Source of the DNA: an uncultured delta proteobacterium
Lineage (GTDB): Bacteria > Myxococcota_A > Polyangia > Fen-1088
DNA: 64,000 bases
Assembly: GCA_963755125.1 (NCBI GenBank)
Contig: CAVWIP010000017.1
Location: 256,001-320,000, forward strand
Direction of reading: 5' to 3'
The position numbers were made by a program, and so were the translations under genes. The notes beneath the pieces are model-generated. The model did no database searches. It was not told the origin of the DNA and saw nothing but the letters and a program-made list of their open reading frames with translations. Position 1 is the stretch's first letter, and every line of letters begins with the position of its first letter. Below are positions 31,142 to 41,618 of this stretch, piece after piece.

Positions 31142-33847
31142 ATGGCTGCCTCCGAGAACGACGCCCAGGATGAGTCGGAGAGTGCGCGGGAGCGGCGGCA
31201 TTTTTTCGCCCACGAGGTGGTGCAGACCTCGGCCATGGATTGCGGTCCCGCCGCCCTGAAATCCCTGCTGGAGGGTTTCGGCATCCGCGCCCACTACGGT
31301 CGGCTGCGCGAGGCCTGTCACACCACGGTCGACGGGTCGTCCATCGACACGCTGGAGGATCTGGCCCGCAGGCTGGGTCTGGACGCCACCCAGATGCTGT
31401 TGCCGGTCGAGCATGTTCTGCTGCGCGAATCGGAGACGCTGCCGGCCCTGGTCGTGGTCCGGCTGCCGTCGGGCCTGACCCACTTCGTGGTGGTGTGGCG
31501 GATCCTCGGGCCGTGGGTCCAGGTCATGGATCCCGGCCGCGGCCGGCGCTGGATGAGCAAGCGGGATTTCTTGCGCGATCTCTACCTGCACGAGATGCCG
31601 GCCCCGGCGGCGGACTTCGCGGCGTGGACACGCGAGCCGGGATTCCTGGATCCGCTGCGAGTCCGCTTGCACAGGCTGGGCGTGCGTGATGCCAGTCAGC
31701 GCATCGCCGCGGCCTCCGCCGGTGAAGACTGGCGGCCCCTGTGTGCGCTCGACGCTTGTGCTCGGGCGACCGAACAGTTGTTGAGCGGCAAGGTGTTTTC
31801 GTGCGCGCGCAGCGCGCGGGCCTTTGCTTGCTTGCTGGATGGCGTGAGCAAGGGTGGGGCGTCGGAATTCGTCCCCGAGACTCTGTGGACTGCGCGTCCC
31901 GCTGCCGAGCCCGAGCAGGACGGAAAACCCAGGCTGCTTGTGCGCGGGGCTCTCGCGCTGCGGGTAGCCGGATTGTCGGCGGACCAGCCTGCCGAGACGC
32001 TGCCTCCCGAACTGGCGGCGGTCCTGGCTGACGACCAGCCGGGCCCGGCGCGCAACTTGGTCGAGTTCCTGCGCGCCGACGGACTGCTGCGCTTTCTTCC
32101 CATCGTCGCCGGACTGGCGTTGGCCGGGGTAGAGACGGTGGTGGAGTCGCTGCTCTTCCGCAGCGCCATCGACATCGGCCAACGGCTGCCGCTTTTCGAG
32201 CAGCGTCTGGCGGCGGCGGGCGCGCTGGTGTTGTTCCTGGCCGCGCTGTTTTTCGTCGAGTGGCCGCTGGCACGGACCCTGTGGGCTGTGGGCAGCCGGC
32301 TGGAGATGCTGCTGCGCCAGGCTTTCTTGCGCAAACTGCCCCTGCTCGGGGATCGCTATTTCCAGAGCCGGCCCATCTCCGACATGGCGGAGCGCGCGCA
32401 TCTTCTGCACTGGCTGCGCCTGCTGCCCGGGCAGGGTGGCCAGTTGCTGCGCACCATCTGCGAGCTGCTCACCACCACGGCCGGCGTGATCTGGCTGTAC
32501 CCGTCAGGCGCGGCGCTGGTGTTGGCGTTGGCGGGGCTGATGCTGGTCCTGCCGCTCTGCTGTCAGCCGGCGCTGGTGGAACGCGATCTGCGCATGCGCG
32601 GCCATGCCGGTGGTTTGGCGCGATTCTATCTCGACGCGCTGCTGGGCCTGTCGGCAGTTCGCGCGCACACGGCCGAGCCGGCCCTGCGCGCCGAGCACGG
32701 CGGTCGCCTGCGCGAGTGGGCGCGGGCCGCCCGGGACGCCACGCGTCTGGCGGTCCTGGTCGACACTGCACAGGGCCTGCTGGGGTTCGGTCTGGCGGCG
32801 ATCATTGTCTTTCGCTATCTGGTGTCAGCCTCGGGCTCGGGCTGGGCGATCCTGATCGTGTACTGGGTTTTCATGCTGCCGTCCCTCGGTCAGGAGATCG
32901 CGTTTCTCATCCAGCAGTACCCGCAACACCGCAACGTGACCCTTCGTTTGTTGGAACCGTTGAGTGCGCCTGAGAGCGCGGTCGAAGCTGAGGACAGATC
33001 GCTTCCTCAGTCGGCTGCGACCGGAGTCGCAGTGGATCTGCGCGACGTGCGTGTGAAGGCCGCGGGCAACGAGATTCTGGCGGTCGACACGCTGACCCTG
33101 GCCGCGGGCGAGCACGTGGCCATCGTGGGCTCCTCGGGCGCGGGCAAGTCCAGCCTGGTCGGGCTGCTGCTGGGCTGGTATCGCCCGGACGTCGGCGTGG
33201 TGCGGGTCGACGGACAGGAACTGCGGGGTCGCTGGCTGGACGAGTTGCGGCGGCAGACCGTGTGGGTCGATCCTGCGGTGCAGTTGTGGAACCGGTCGTT
33301 GCTGGAAAATTTTCGCTTTGGCAGCGACGGTGAGCACCGGGCAGTGGGCGATGCAGTGGAGGCCGCGCAGCTCGATGAGGTGCTGGCCCGTCTGCCCATG
33401 GGCCTGCAGACGCCGCTCGGCGCGGGCGGGGCCTTGCTTTCCGGCGGCGAGGGCCAGCGGGTGCGGCTGGGTCGTGCCGTCTGCCGGGGCGCGGCCCGCC
33501 TGGTGATCTTCGACGAGCCCTTCTGCGGGTTGGAGCGCTCGCGCCGGGAAGACCTGCTCAAGGCCGCGCGCGCGCGCTGGGCAGCGGCGACATTCCTCTG
33601 CATCACCCACGACGTCAGCCAGACGCTCGATTTTCCGCGGGTGCTGGTGGTGGACAAGGGACGCGTGGTCGAGGACAGCGCGCCTAAGCAACTGGCCAGC
33701 CAGGCGGACACGCGGTTCGCGCACCTGCTGGCAGCCGAGGTGCGGGCGCGGGCTCGCCTGGAGGGTCCGGAGTGGCGCCATTTGCGACTCGACCAGGGAA
33801 AGCTGGCAGAGCGGACGCTGTCGCGCGCGCAAGGAGAACCTACGTGA
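31142..33847 (+). CDS. Peptidase C39-containing ABC transporter (PCAT)
   Basis: QTSAMDCGPAAL, THFVVV and VMDP give the C39 Q/C/H/D residues; TM domain; GSSGAGKS, LSGGE, VIFDE, ITH. Confidence 0.9.
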   Translation: MAASENDAQDESESARERRHFFAHEVVQTSAMDCGPAALKSLLEGFGIRAHYGRLREACHTTVDGSSIDTLEDLARRLGLDATQMLLPVEHVLLRESETLPALVVVRLPSGLTHFVVVWRILGPWVQVMDPGRGRRWMSKRDFLRDLYLHEMPAPAADFAAWTREPGFLDPLRVRLHRLGVRDASQRIAAASAGEDWRPLCALDACARATEQLLSGKVFSCARSARAFACLLDGVSKGGASEFVPETLWTARPAAEPEQDGKPRLLVRGALALRVAGLSADQPAETLPPELAAVLADDQPGPARNLVEFLRADGLLRFLPIVAGLALAGVETVVESLLFRSAIDIGQRLPLFEQRLAAAGALVLFLAALFFVEWPLARTLWAVGSRLEMLLRQAFLRKLPLLGDRYFQSRPISDMAERAHLLHWLRLLPGQGGQLLRTICELLTTTAGVIWLYPSGAALVLALAGLMLVLPLCCQPALVERDLRMRGHAGGLARFYLDALLGLSAVRAHTAEPALRAEHGGRLREWARAARDATRLAVLVDTAQGLLGFGLAAIIVFRYLVSASGSGWAILIVYWVFMLPSLGQEIAFLIQQYPQHRNVTLRLLEPLSAPESAVEAEDRSLPQSAATGVAVDLRDVRVKAAGNEILAVDTLTLAAGEHVAIVGSSGAGKSSLVGLLLGWYRPDVGVVRVDGQELRGRWLDELRRQTVWVDPAVQLWNRSLLENFRFGSDGEHRAVGDAVEAAQLDEVLARLPMGLQTPLGAGGALLSGGEGQRVRLGRAVCRGAARLVIFDEPFCGLERSRREDLLKAARARWAAATFLCITHDVSQTLDFPRVLVVDKGRVVEDSAPKQLASQADTRFAHLLAAEVRARARLEGPEWRHLRLDQGKLAERTLSRAQGEPT

Positions 33848-36003
33848 GCCGCCAGCGCGCGGGTGCTGCGACGATCGCGAGCCCTGCGGCTGCCGCCTGG
33901 CCAGGCAGCAGGCTGGGCGAGGCTCTGGTGGCTGTGAGCGAGCGGCTTTTGCCCCAGCGCCGGGCGCCCCGGCTGCAAGATCCGCCGTCCGACATCGGAG
34001 ACGGTCCTGCGCTCGCTGGCTTTGTGGAGGATGCTGCCTGTCAGCTCGGCTTGGAAGTCGAGGCGGTGGACGCAGGGGTTGCGACCGTGCGTGGGCTTCT
34101 GGCCGAGGGTGGCCCGGTGCTGGTTGCGCGCCCGGGGCCGGGCAGCTCGTTGCAGTTCTTGGTGCTGCTGGGCTGCGACCGGCGCGGGCGTGCGGCGGAT
34201 GCGCTGGGCGCTGACCGGCGTGTGCACCGCCTTGCTGCCGCCGAGATAGATGCCTGGCTCGACGACGAGACGCGTGGTTCGGACAGCGAGGCCTTTGCTG
34301 GTTTCTGTTCGGCCATGGGCCTTGCCGCTGGCGATCGGAAAAAGGCGAACCGGATCCTGGGCCGCGCCGCCAGGCCCGGCCGGCCGTCGGTGGGTTGGGC
34401 GTTGCACCCGGCTGCCAGCGGCATGGGCGAACGGTTCCGCCAATCGGGCGCCAGTCGAGTGGTTGGTACTGCGCTGGTTTCGTATCTGACCGCCTTCGCG
34501 CTCATGGTGGGCTCGTGGTGGTTGCTCGGGGCCGCGGCGCTGCAGGGGCATCTGGAACGCGGCTGGCTTTGCGCGTGGGCCATGTTGTTGCTGACCTTCG
34601 TGGCGCGTCGGGCAAGCGGAGTGTGGGCTGCCGGCCGTCTGGCCGTGCAGGTGGGTGGACTGGTGCGCGAACGCTTGCTGGAGGGCATCTTGCGTCTGCC
34701 CGCCGACCAGGTGCGGGTCAAGGGGATCGGGCACCTGCTGGGCACTGTGCTGGAGGCTGACGCGCTCGACGCTTTCGCGCGCACCGGCGGGCCCACGCTG
34801 TTCGCCGACGTGTTCCAGTTCTTCTTCGGCGCCGTGGTGTTGCTGCTGGGTGCTGCGCCCATGTTTCACCTTGCCCTGCTGGCGATCTGGCTGCTGCTGG
34901 CGGCTGGACTGGTGCGGCGTCTTTACCGACGGTTGCTCGACTGGGCCGACGCGCGCATGGCGCTCACCGACGAGTTGGTGGAGACCATGGTGGGCTATCG
35001 AACCCTGGTGGCGCAGCAGCCGGCGGGGCAGCGAGACGAGGACCGGGGTTTGGCCGCGTACGGCCGCAAGCAGGCGGCGCTGGACGACGAGATGGCACGC
35101 CTGTCGGTGCTCTTGCCGCGAGGCTGGCTGGTACTCGCTGTGGCGGCGCTCGCCCCCGGCTTTGCCACCGGCTCGGCGCAAAGCGCGGGCCTTGCGGTCA
35201 GCCTGGGCGGCGTGTTGCTGGTTTACCTGGCCTTTCGCCGCGTGGCCATGGAGACAGGGCCGGGCCTGGCCGCGGCCTGGCTTGGCTGGAAACGCACGCG
35301 GCCTCTGTTCGAGATGGCGTCGTCGAAGACCGAAGGGGAAGAGAGCGTGGCGGTGCTGCCCACCGAAGTGGACGAGGCGAGTGCGGGCCGGCGCGGGCTG
35401 CTGGTAGGCCGCGATGTGAGCTTCAGCTACCCGGGCCGGCTGGAGCCGGTGCTGCGAGGGTGCAACATCGAGATTCGGCGGGGCCAGCGCATTCTCATCG
35501 AGGGGCCGTCGGGTTCGGGCAAGTCGACGTTGGGCGCGCTTCTGTGCGGGCTGCGCCAGCCGTCAAGCGGTCTGTTGCTGCTGGGCGGATTCGACCACCA
35601 CAGCCTGCGTCCCGAGCGCTGGCGCCAGCGTGCCGCCGGCGTGCCCCAGAGCCACGAGAACCACATCCTGTCCGCGCCGCTGCTGTTCAACATCGCCATG
35701 GCCCGTCGCTGGCCCCCGCATGCACAAGACGAGCAGGAGATCGAGGCGATCTGTCGCGAACTGGGCCTGTCGGACCTGATTGCGCGCATGCCGGGAGGGC
35801 TGCAACAGATGGTGGGGGACAGTGGCTGGCAGCTTTCGCACGGCGAGCGCAGCCGTGTGTGCGTGGCGCGGGCGCTTCTGCAGCAGGCGGACCTGCGTGT
35901 GCTCGACGAGAGCTTCGCCGCCCTGGATCCCGAAACCCTGGACCGAGTGCTCGAGTGCGTGGTGAGACGCTCGGAGACGTTGGTGGTGGTTTCGCACGCG
36001 TAG
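33844..36003 (+). CDS. Second ABC exporter subunit with degenerate (non-catalytic) N-terminal domain
   Basis: GTGA coupling to the PCAT; no QxxxxDCG motif; TM domain; GPSGSGKS, variant signature LSHGE, RVLDE; protein ends just after the H-loop (VVVSHA). Confidence 0.85.
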   Translation: MSRQRAGAATIASPAAAAWPGSRLGEALVAVSERLLPQRRAPRLQDPPSDIGDGPALAGFVEDAACQLGLEVEAVDAGVATVRGLLAEGGPVLVARPGPGSSLQFLVLLGCDRRGRAADALGADRRVHRLAAAEIDAWLDDETRGSDSEAFAGFCSAMGLAAGDRKKANRILGRAARPGRPSVGWALHPAASGMGERFRQSGASRVVGTALVSYLTAFALMVGSWWLLGAAALQGHLERGWLCAWAMLLLTFVARRASGVWAAGRLAVQVGGLVRERLLEGILRLPADQVRVKGIGHLLGTVLEADALDAFARTGGPTLFADVFQFFFGAVVLLLGAAPMFHLALLAIWLLLAAGLVRRLYRRLLDWADARMALTDELVETMVGYRTLVAQQPAGQRDEDRGLAAYGRKQAALDDEMARLSVLLPRGWLVLAVAALAPGFATGSAQSAGLAVSLGGVLLVYLAFRRVAMETGPGLAAAWLGWKRTRPLFEMASSKTEGEESVAVLPTEVDEASAGRRGLLVGRDVSFSYPGRLEPVLRGCNIEIRRGQRILIEGPSGSGKSTLGALLCGLRQPSSGLLLLGGFDHHSLRPERWRQRAAGVPQSHENHILSAPLLFNIAMARRWPPHAQDEQEIEAICRELGLSDLIARMPGGLQQMVGDSGWQLSHGERSRVCVARALLQQADLRVLDESFAALDPETLDRVLECVVRRSETLVVVSHA

Positions 36004-36034
36004 CACGTGGCGTTCGCACAGGACGCGGCTCCCG

Positions 36035-36694
36035 CTACTTTGCGCGTGCCTGTTGAACCAACTCGACGAACAGTCGCGCGCGCTCGGTCACCAGATCGTC
36101 GCGTCCCTCGCGCAAGGCCTTGACGTCGACCAGATCGCCGCCCACGCCCAGGGCTTCGGCGCCCGCCTTGATGAAGGCCGCAGCGGTCTGCAATGAAACC
36201 CCACCGGTGGGGACCAACTTGATGTGCGGCAGTGGCGCCTTGAGCGCCTTGAGGTAGCTCGCCCCACCCACCGCGCCCGCCGGGAACACCTTCACGAAAT
36301 CGGCGCCAGCCGACCAGGCAGTCACCACCTCGGTCGGGGTCAGCGCGCCCGGCATCACCAGCACGCCCTGCTGTCCACAGAAGGCAATCGTCTCGAGGTT
36401 GAGCGCGGGGCTCACGATGAACTGGGCGCCAGCCTCGATGCACGCGCGCGCGGTCTGCGCATCGAGCACCGTGCCGGCGCCGATGATGACTTCGGGATCG
36501 ATCTCGGCGCTCAGTTCCTTGATTACGTTCACCGCACCAGGGACCGTCATCGTGATCTCGAGCACCGAGATCCCGCCCTTGAGGATGGCCGCCACTGCCC
36601 GGCGGGCCATGTCGGTGGATTCGGCCCGGACCACGGGAATGATGCCGATAGCCGTGAGACGGCTGCTGACTTCCGATTTGTCGCGCGACTTCAT
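36035..36694 (-). CDS. eda: KDPG/KHG aldolase
   Basis: IIPVVR, LEITMT, GAGTVL, FIVSP, GALTPTE, VKVFPA, VPTGGV. Confidence 0.95.
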   Translation of the reverse strand: MKSRDKSEVSSRLTAIGIIPVVRAESTDMARRAVAAILKGGISVLEITMTVPGAVNVIKELSAEIDPEVIIGAGTVLDAQTARACIEAGAQFIVSPALNLETIAFCGQQGVLVMPGALTPTEVVTAWSAGADFVKVFPAGAVGGASYLKALKAPLPHIKLVPTGGVSLQTAAAFIKAGAEALGVGGDLVDVKALREGRDDLVTERARLFVELVQQARAK

Positions 36695-36713
36695 GATGGT
36701 TTTCTCCTGCAGT

Positions 36714-37814
36714 TCAACGTGCCACGCGTGCGCTGCCGCCCTTCATGGCCTTTTCGACTTCTGCCAGGGTCGCCATGGTGGTGTCGCCCGGTGTGGTCAT
36801 GGCCAGGGCTCCGTGCGCGGCTCCACACTCCACAGCCCATTGCGCGGATCGACCGGCGAGAAGCCCGTAGATCAAGCCGGACGCGAACGAGTCACCGCCG
36901 CCCACCCGATCGTAGATTTCCAGATTGTTGCGTACCGGCGCCGAATAGAGTTGTCCCTGGTAGTGGCAGACGGCTCCCCAATCGTTGCACGTCGCGCTCT
37001 TGGCATTGCGCAAGGTGGTGGCCACCAGCTTCAGATTCGGGTACGCGGCGACCACGCGCTCGATCATGCGGCGGAAGCTTTCGGGATCCAGCTTCGACAG
37101 GTTCTCGTCCACGCCCTCCACCTCGAAGCCGAGCGCCGCCGTGAAATCCTCCTCGTTGCCGAACAGCACGTCGATTTGCGACACCACCTCGCGGTTCACT
37201 TCGATGGCGCGCTTGCGCCCGCCGATGGCCTTCCACAGCGACTCGCGGTAGTTGAGGTCGTAGGAAGATACAGTGCCGTTTTCTCGCGCGGCCTGCAGGG
37301 CTTCCTTGGCCACCAGGGGCGCGGTTTCCGACAGGGCACAGAAGATCCCGCCGGTGTGCAACCAGCGTGCGCCTTCCTGCTGGAAGATCAGTTTCCAGTC
37401 GATGTCGCCAGGTCGAAGCTGCGACACGGCGGTGTGGCCGCGATCCGAGCAGCCGAGCGCGGCGCGCAGCCCGAATCCGCGTTCGGTGAAGTTCAGGCCG
37501 TTGCGAACCGTACGGCCGACGCCGTCGTAGGCGACCCACTTGACGTGCGATTGGTCCACGCCTCCCTGGTACACGAGATCCTGGACCAGCCGGCCGACCG
37601 GGTTGTCGGCCAGGGCCGTGACCACCGCGGTCTTCAGGCCGAAACAGCGGTGCAGCCCGCGCGCGACGTTGTACTCGCCGCCGCCTTCCCAAACGCGGAA
37701 TGAACGCGTGGTCGCGATACGATTGTCCCCGGGATCGAGGCGCAACATGATCTCGCCCAGGCTGACGAGATCCCACTTCGCGCTTGCTTCGGGCTTGGTC
37801 TTGAGTGCTTCCAT
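36714..37814 (-). CDS. kdgK: 2-dehydro-3-deoxygluconokinase-like PfkB sugar kinase
   Basis: LGEIMLRL, GGGEYNVA, YDLNYR, NEED, DRVGGGDSFASG; adjacent to eda. Confidence 0.88.
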   Translation of the reverse strand: MEALKTKPEASAKWDLVSLGEIMLRLDPGDNRIATTRSFRVWEGGGEYNVARGLHRCFGLKTAVVTALADNPVGRLVQDLVYQGGVDQSHVKWVAYDGVGRTVRNGLNFTERGFGLRAALGCSDRGHTAVSQLRPGDIDWKLIFQQEGARWLHTGGIFCALSETAPLVAKEALQAARENGTVSSYDLNYRESLWKAIGGRKRAIEVNREVVSQIDVLFGNEEDFTAALGFEVEGVDENLSKLDPESFRRMIERVVAAYPNLKLVATTLRNAKSATCNDWGAVCHYQGQLYSAPVRNNLEIYDRVGGGDSFASGLIYGLLAGRSAQWAVECGAAHGALAMTTPGDTTMATLAEVEKAMKGGSARVAR

Positions 37815-37942
37815 GGGCAGATCACCGACGAATCGATTGGCCCGTGAGCGTACAGGAGAGGGAGCACGCGATCAAATGCGCGGTGGTCTTCGGATAGGCG
37901 GCAACAATAGGTCCGGCCCCGCGCACGCGCTATAGTCGAGTC

Positions 37943-39199
37943 GTGGCTACGAAGAAGGATCACGGAAAGGCGGGAGGACGCGAGAGCCCTACGAAGACTC
38001 CCATCCTGAGACCACAACGTCGCAAACAGGCGTTCTCGGTCTTCGGCGGCGCGGTGGAAAAGGCCGGCGACCGCGAAAGTGCGACGGCGTTGGCCGAGTT
38101 GCTGGTCCCGGACCCCGGCCTGGCGCGCGCGCTCACCCACGGGTTTCACAGCTACGCGGGTCGCATGCACCCGTCCACGGCGCGGGTCGCGATCGCGCGC
38201 TTCTCGCATCCCGGCCATGACGTGCTGGATCCTTTCTGCGGCAGCGGCACCGTCCTGGTCGAGGCCATGGCGGCGGGTCGCAAGGCGGTAGGCAGCGATG
38301 CCAGCCCGCTGGCCGCGATCATCGCGCGCGTGCGCTCGACCACCTTGGGACCGGAAGGCCGCCAGCGTCTGGTGGAGAGCGCGCGGCAGATCGCCGAGGA
38401 GGCAGCCGAGCGCGCCCGCAAGCGCCAGCGGCCCGACATCCCCGTGTGGGCGAGCCGGGAAAAGGACCGATTCTTTCCCCATGTCGCGCTTGAACTCTAC
38501 GGTTTGCGCGCGCTTATCGGCGAGACCAAGGAGGACGACGTGGGCCGCGCCTTGCGCGCTTGCCTGTCGTCGATCCTGGTGAAGTTCATGCGCGGCAGCG
38601 ACGAGGCCGAAGCCCGGCGCATCGGCCGAGGCGTGCCGTCGCACTTTTTCGCGAGCCGCGCCGAGGAACTGGCTTGTGGCCTGGAGGCGTTGGAGCGGCG
38701 AACACCGGCGGGAACGCCCACGCCGCAGATTCGTGTGGCCGACGCGCGGAATTTGAGCCCGCTGGCGGCCGGTGGGTTCGACCTGATCCTGTCGTCGCCG
38801 CCCTACGCCGGAACCTACGACTACGCCGAGCACCACGACGTGCGCTTTCTCTGGTTGGGGCTGCCCCGCGCGAATCTGGATCGCGTGCAGGTGGGCGCGC
38901 GCGACGAGGGGTTGGGGTCAGCGGCCCAGCGCTGGTGTCAGGATCGGCGGCGCTGGTTGTCGGAGATGGCGCGCGTGGCCCGTCGGGGCGCGGCCATCAT
39001 CCTGCAGGTCGGTGACGGCGTGGTGGCGGGTGCGCCCGAGGACGCCGCGGGAGCGGTCGAGGACGAGGCTCGCCGTCAGGGCCTTGTCCCGGTGGCGCGT
39101 GTGTCGCAGGCGCGGCCGCCCCATGACTATCGCCTACGCCAGATTTTCGCCGGCCGCCCACGCCGGGAACACATCGTGCTTCTGCGCAAAGGCGGATAG
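37943..39199 (+). CDS. SAM-dependent amino-methyltransferase (N4/N6-type motifs), orphan
   Basis: THGFHSYAGRMHP, motif I VLDPFCGSGT, motif IV LILSSPPY. Confidence 0.82.
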   Translation: MATKKDHGKAGGRESPTKTPILRPQRRKQAFSVFGGAVEKAGDRESATALAELLVPDPGLARALTHGFHSYAGRMHPSTARVAIARFSHPGHDVLDPFCGSGTVLVEAMAAGRKAVGSDASPLAAIIARVRSTTLGPEGRQRLVESARQIAEEAAERARKRQRPDIPVWASREKDRFFPHVALELYGLRALIGETKEDDVGRALRACLSSILVKFMRGSDEAEARRIGRGVPSHFFASRAEELACGLEALERRTPAGTPTPQIRVADARNLSPLAAGGFDLILSSPPYAGTYDYAEHHDVRFLWLGLPRANLDRVQVGARDEGLGSAAQRWCQDRRRWLSEMARVARRGAAIILQVGDGVVAGAPEDAAGAVEDEARRQGLVPVARVSQARPPHDYRLRQIFAGRPRREHIVLLRKGG

Positions 39200-39261
39200 T
39201 TGTCCGGCCTCGGACCAAGCCTCTCCCCACGCGGCCGGTTCCTGCGGTAGACTGGCGCCAC

Positions 39262-40638
39262 ATGACGGCCGTTCTGCAGGACAAGACCGTGGTGCTTGGC
39301 GTGACCGGCGGTATATCGGCTTACAAGGCAGCCGAGTTGTGCCGGCTTCTGCGCAAGGCCGGGGCGCGCGTCGAGGTCGTGATGACACCTGCCGCCTGTG
39401 CGTTCATCACGCCTCTCACCATGCAGGCCCTGTCGGGCAACCCGGTGGCCACCGAGATGTTCGAGGCCACCTTACAGTCGCACATCGGTCACATCGAGTT
39501 GGCCTCACGCGCGGACATCGTCGTGGTGGCGCCAGCCACCGCGGATGCCATTGCCCGATTTGCCGCTGGCATGGCCAACGATCTCTTGGCCGCAGTCGTG
39601 CTAGCCACCCGTGCGCCTGTACTGTTGGCGCCGGCCATGAACAGCAACATGTGGGACAACCCCATCACCCAGGCGAATCTGACCAGGTTGACCGAGACGG
39701 GCCGCTTCTCCACGGTGGGTCCCGACGCGGGCGAACTGGCCTGCGGCTGGGTGGGCGCCGGTCGGCTGGTTTCGCCTGCCGAGATCGTCGCCGCCATCGA
39801 GTCGCGCCTTGCCGGTGCGCCCGAGACAACCAGAGCCGAGGGCGCGCTGGCCGGCCGCCGCATCGTGGTCACCGCGGGACCCACCTGGGAGGCGGTGGAC
39901 GACGTGCGGTTTCTCGGCAATCGTTCGTCGGGCAAGATGGGTTTTGCCCTGGCGCAGACCGCGGCTGCGCAGGCTGCTGACGTGACCCTCATCGCGGGGC
40001 CAGTGGCCTTGGCCACGCCAATTGGTGTCGCCCGTCGCACGGACGTGGAATCGGCCCAGGAGATGCGCGAGGCCTTGCGTCGCGTGGCCTTGCAGGCCGA
40101 CGTGGTGGTGATGGCGGCGGCGGTGGCTGATTTCCGTCCCGGCGTGCGTGTCCTGGGCAAGCTCTCGCGCCGTGCTGCCTCGGCCGCCACCCGTCCGGCG
40201 CGCACCCTGCCACTGGTCGCCAACCCGGATCTGTTGGCCGAACTCGGGCGCGAACGCAAAGGCCGGTCGCCCTTCCTGGTGGGATTCGCAGCCGAGGTCG
40301 GGGTGTCGGGCGAGGCACTGGTGGCGCGCGCGCGGCAGAAGCTGACCGAGAAGGGGTGCGACGTCGTGGTGGCGAACGAAGTGGGCAAGGCCGGTCTGGG
40401 CTTGGGCGCTGAGTACAACGCGGTTACCATGGTCTTTGCCGATGGACGCATCGTCGATTTGCCGGCCGATCGCAAAGAAGCAATTGCCGTGAAGATATGG
40501 GACACCATCACCACCTTCTATCTGGCGCAGACCGGGGCGCTGGCGTCGAACAAGTCCGGCCCGGCGTCCGATGGGCTTTCCCCGATTTCTCCCCGCAAGC
40601 GCCGCGCCCGCCGCGGCCGAAAGGGCACGGATGTCTAG
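39262..40638 (+). CDS. coaBC: Phosphopantothenoylcysteine decarboxylase/ligase
   Basis: GVTGGISAYKA, APATA, APAMNSNMW, GELACG, TAGPT, NRSSGKMG, AAAVADF, VGFAAE. Confidence 0.97.
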   Translation: MTAVLQDKTVVLGVTGGISAYKAAELCRLLRKAGARVEVVMTPAACAFITPLTMQALSGNPVATEMFEATLQSHIGHIELASRADIVVVAPATADAIARFAAGMANDLLAAVVLATRAPVLLAPAMNSNMWDNPITQANLTRLTETGRFSTVGPDAGELACGWVGAGRLVSPAEIVAAIESRLAGAPETTRAEGALAGRRIVVTAGPTWEAVDDVRFLGNRSSGKMGFALAQTAAAQAADVTLIAGPVALATPIGVARRTDVESAQEMREALRRVALQADVVVMAAAVADFRPGVRVLGKLSRRAASAATRPARTLPLVANPDLLAELGRERKGRSPFLVGFAAEVGVSGEALVARARQKLTEKGCDVVVANEVGKAGLGLGAEYNAVTMVFADGRIVDLPADRKEAIAVKIWDTITTFYLAQTGALASNKSGPASDGLSPISPRKRRARRGRKGTDV

Positions 40639-41617
40639 CGCTTCACGCGAAGAGAAACTGCGGGCCTATGCGGGCCACGCCAGCGAGCGGCTGGTCGGGG
40701 CTGGCCAGATCCTGGCTGGGCGCCAGGCCATGGGTGGGCCGGCGCGCGGAAACGTGCCGCCCTGGCCGGGGTCCGAAGACCCAGATTTTCACGGCACCTT
40801 GTCGGCCATCTGGGTGTGGTCGCGCGCGCAGGCACTATCGGCCAACGATCACTTCTCGCTCAACATTGCGGCGGCTTGGGACTTCGTCAACAACCATTGG
40901 GACCATTTCATCCCCATGGCTCTCGGTCCGGCGGCCAGCGATGAGGCGGCCTATGACTGCGCCATGGTGCTGCGGGCCGCGCTTGCCGACCCGGACGTTC
41001 TGCGTTCTGACGTCGAGGACGATCGGCGGCATGATCGCGCGGCCTCGGCGGCGCGCTTGCTGGGGGCGTATGTCAACGATCTGGAGAGCCCCACTGGCCG
41101 CGAATTTCGCGATCCCGGCTTCCTGGCGTGGAGCCTGGGCGACTACGCCAGGAAGGCGGGCGACCGAGGCCTCAGTTCGATGGTTCGTCGCTTCGTCGAG
41201 GCGGCTTACGGCATGAAGAGCCCACCGCCCTTTGCCTCGGAGCCGGCCGCACGGGATGGCCTGTTCGATTTTTCGTGCACGACTGCCACGCGGGTTCTGG
41301 CGGTGTTGGGCGCCGAGGGTCCCACCCCCTTCATCGGGGCCTGGTTGCGCGAGCGGGTCGGGGCTGCCATCGCGCGGACCTTTGTGGCTCGGCCGATGGA
41401 CGAGAACACCTGGAACGCGTGCGCCGCGGTGGTGACTGGCCAGGCCTATGCGGTGTCGACCGACCCCATGTTCTTCGAGGTTCATGGCGCGATCCTGGCA
41501 GAACTGGATCGACGGGCAGAGCGGGGGGCTCTGGGCCGCCAGCCTGGTTTCTCGGCGGAAACCGCCGCGACCTTCTACTACGCCATGGCGGTGGACGCGC
41601 CGCTGGCCAAGGGCTGA
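40631..41617 (+). CDS. Hypothetical protein (328 aa) embedded in the coaBC-udg operon
   Basis: ATG 40631 overlaps the coaBC end by 8 nt; stop is 1 nt before the udg ATG; Trp/aromatic-rich, no recognised motif. Confidence 0.75.
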   Translation: MSSASREEKLRAYAGHASERLVGAGQILAGRQAMGGPARGNVPPWPGSEDPDFHGTLSAIWVWSRAQALSANDHFSLNIAAAWDFVNNHWDHFIPMALGPAASDEAAYDCAMVLRAALADPDVLRSDVEDDRRHDRAASAARLLGAYVNDLESPTGREFRDPGFLAWSLGDYARKAGDRGLSSMVRRFVEAAYGMKSPPPFASEPAARDGLFDFSCTTATRVLAVLGAEGPTPFIGAWLRERVGAAIARTFVARPMDENTWNACAAVVTGQAYAVSTDPMFFEVHGAILAELDRRAERGALGRQPGFSAETAATFYYAMAVDAPLAKG

Positions 41618-41618
41618 G

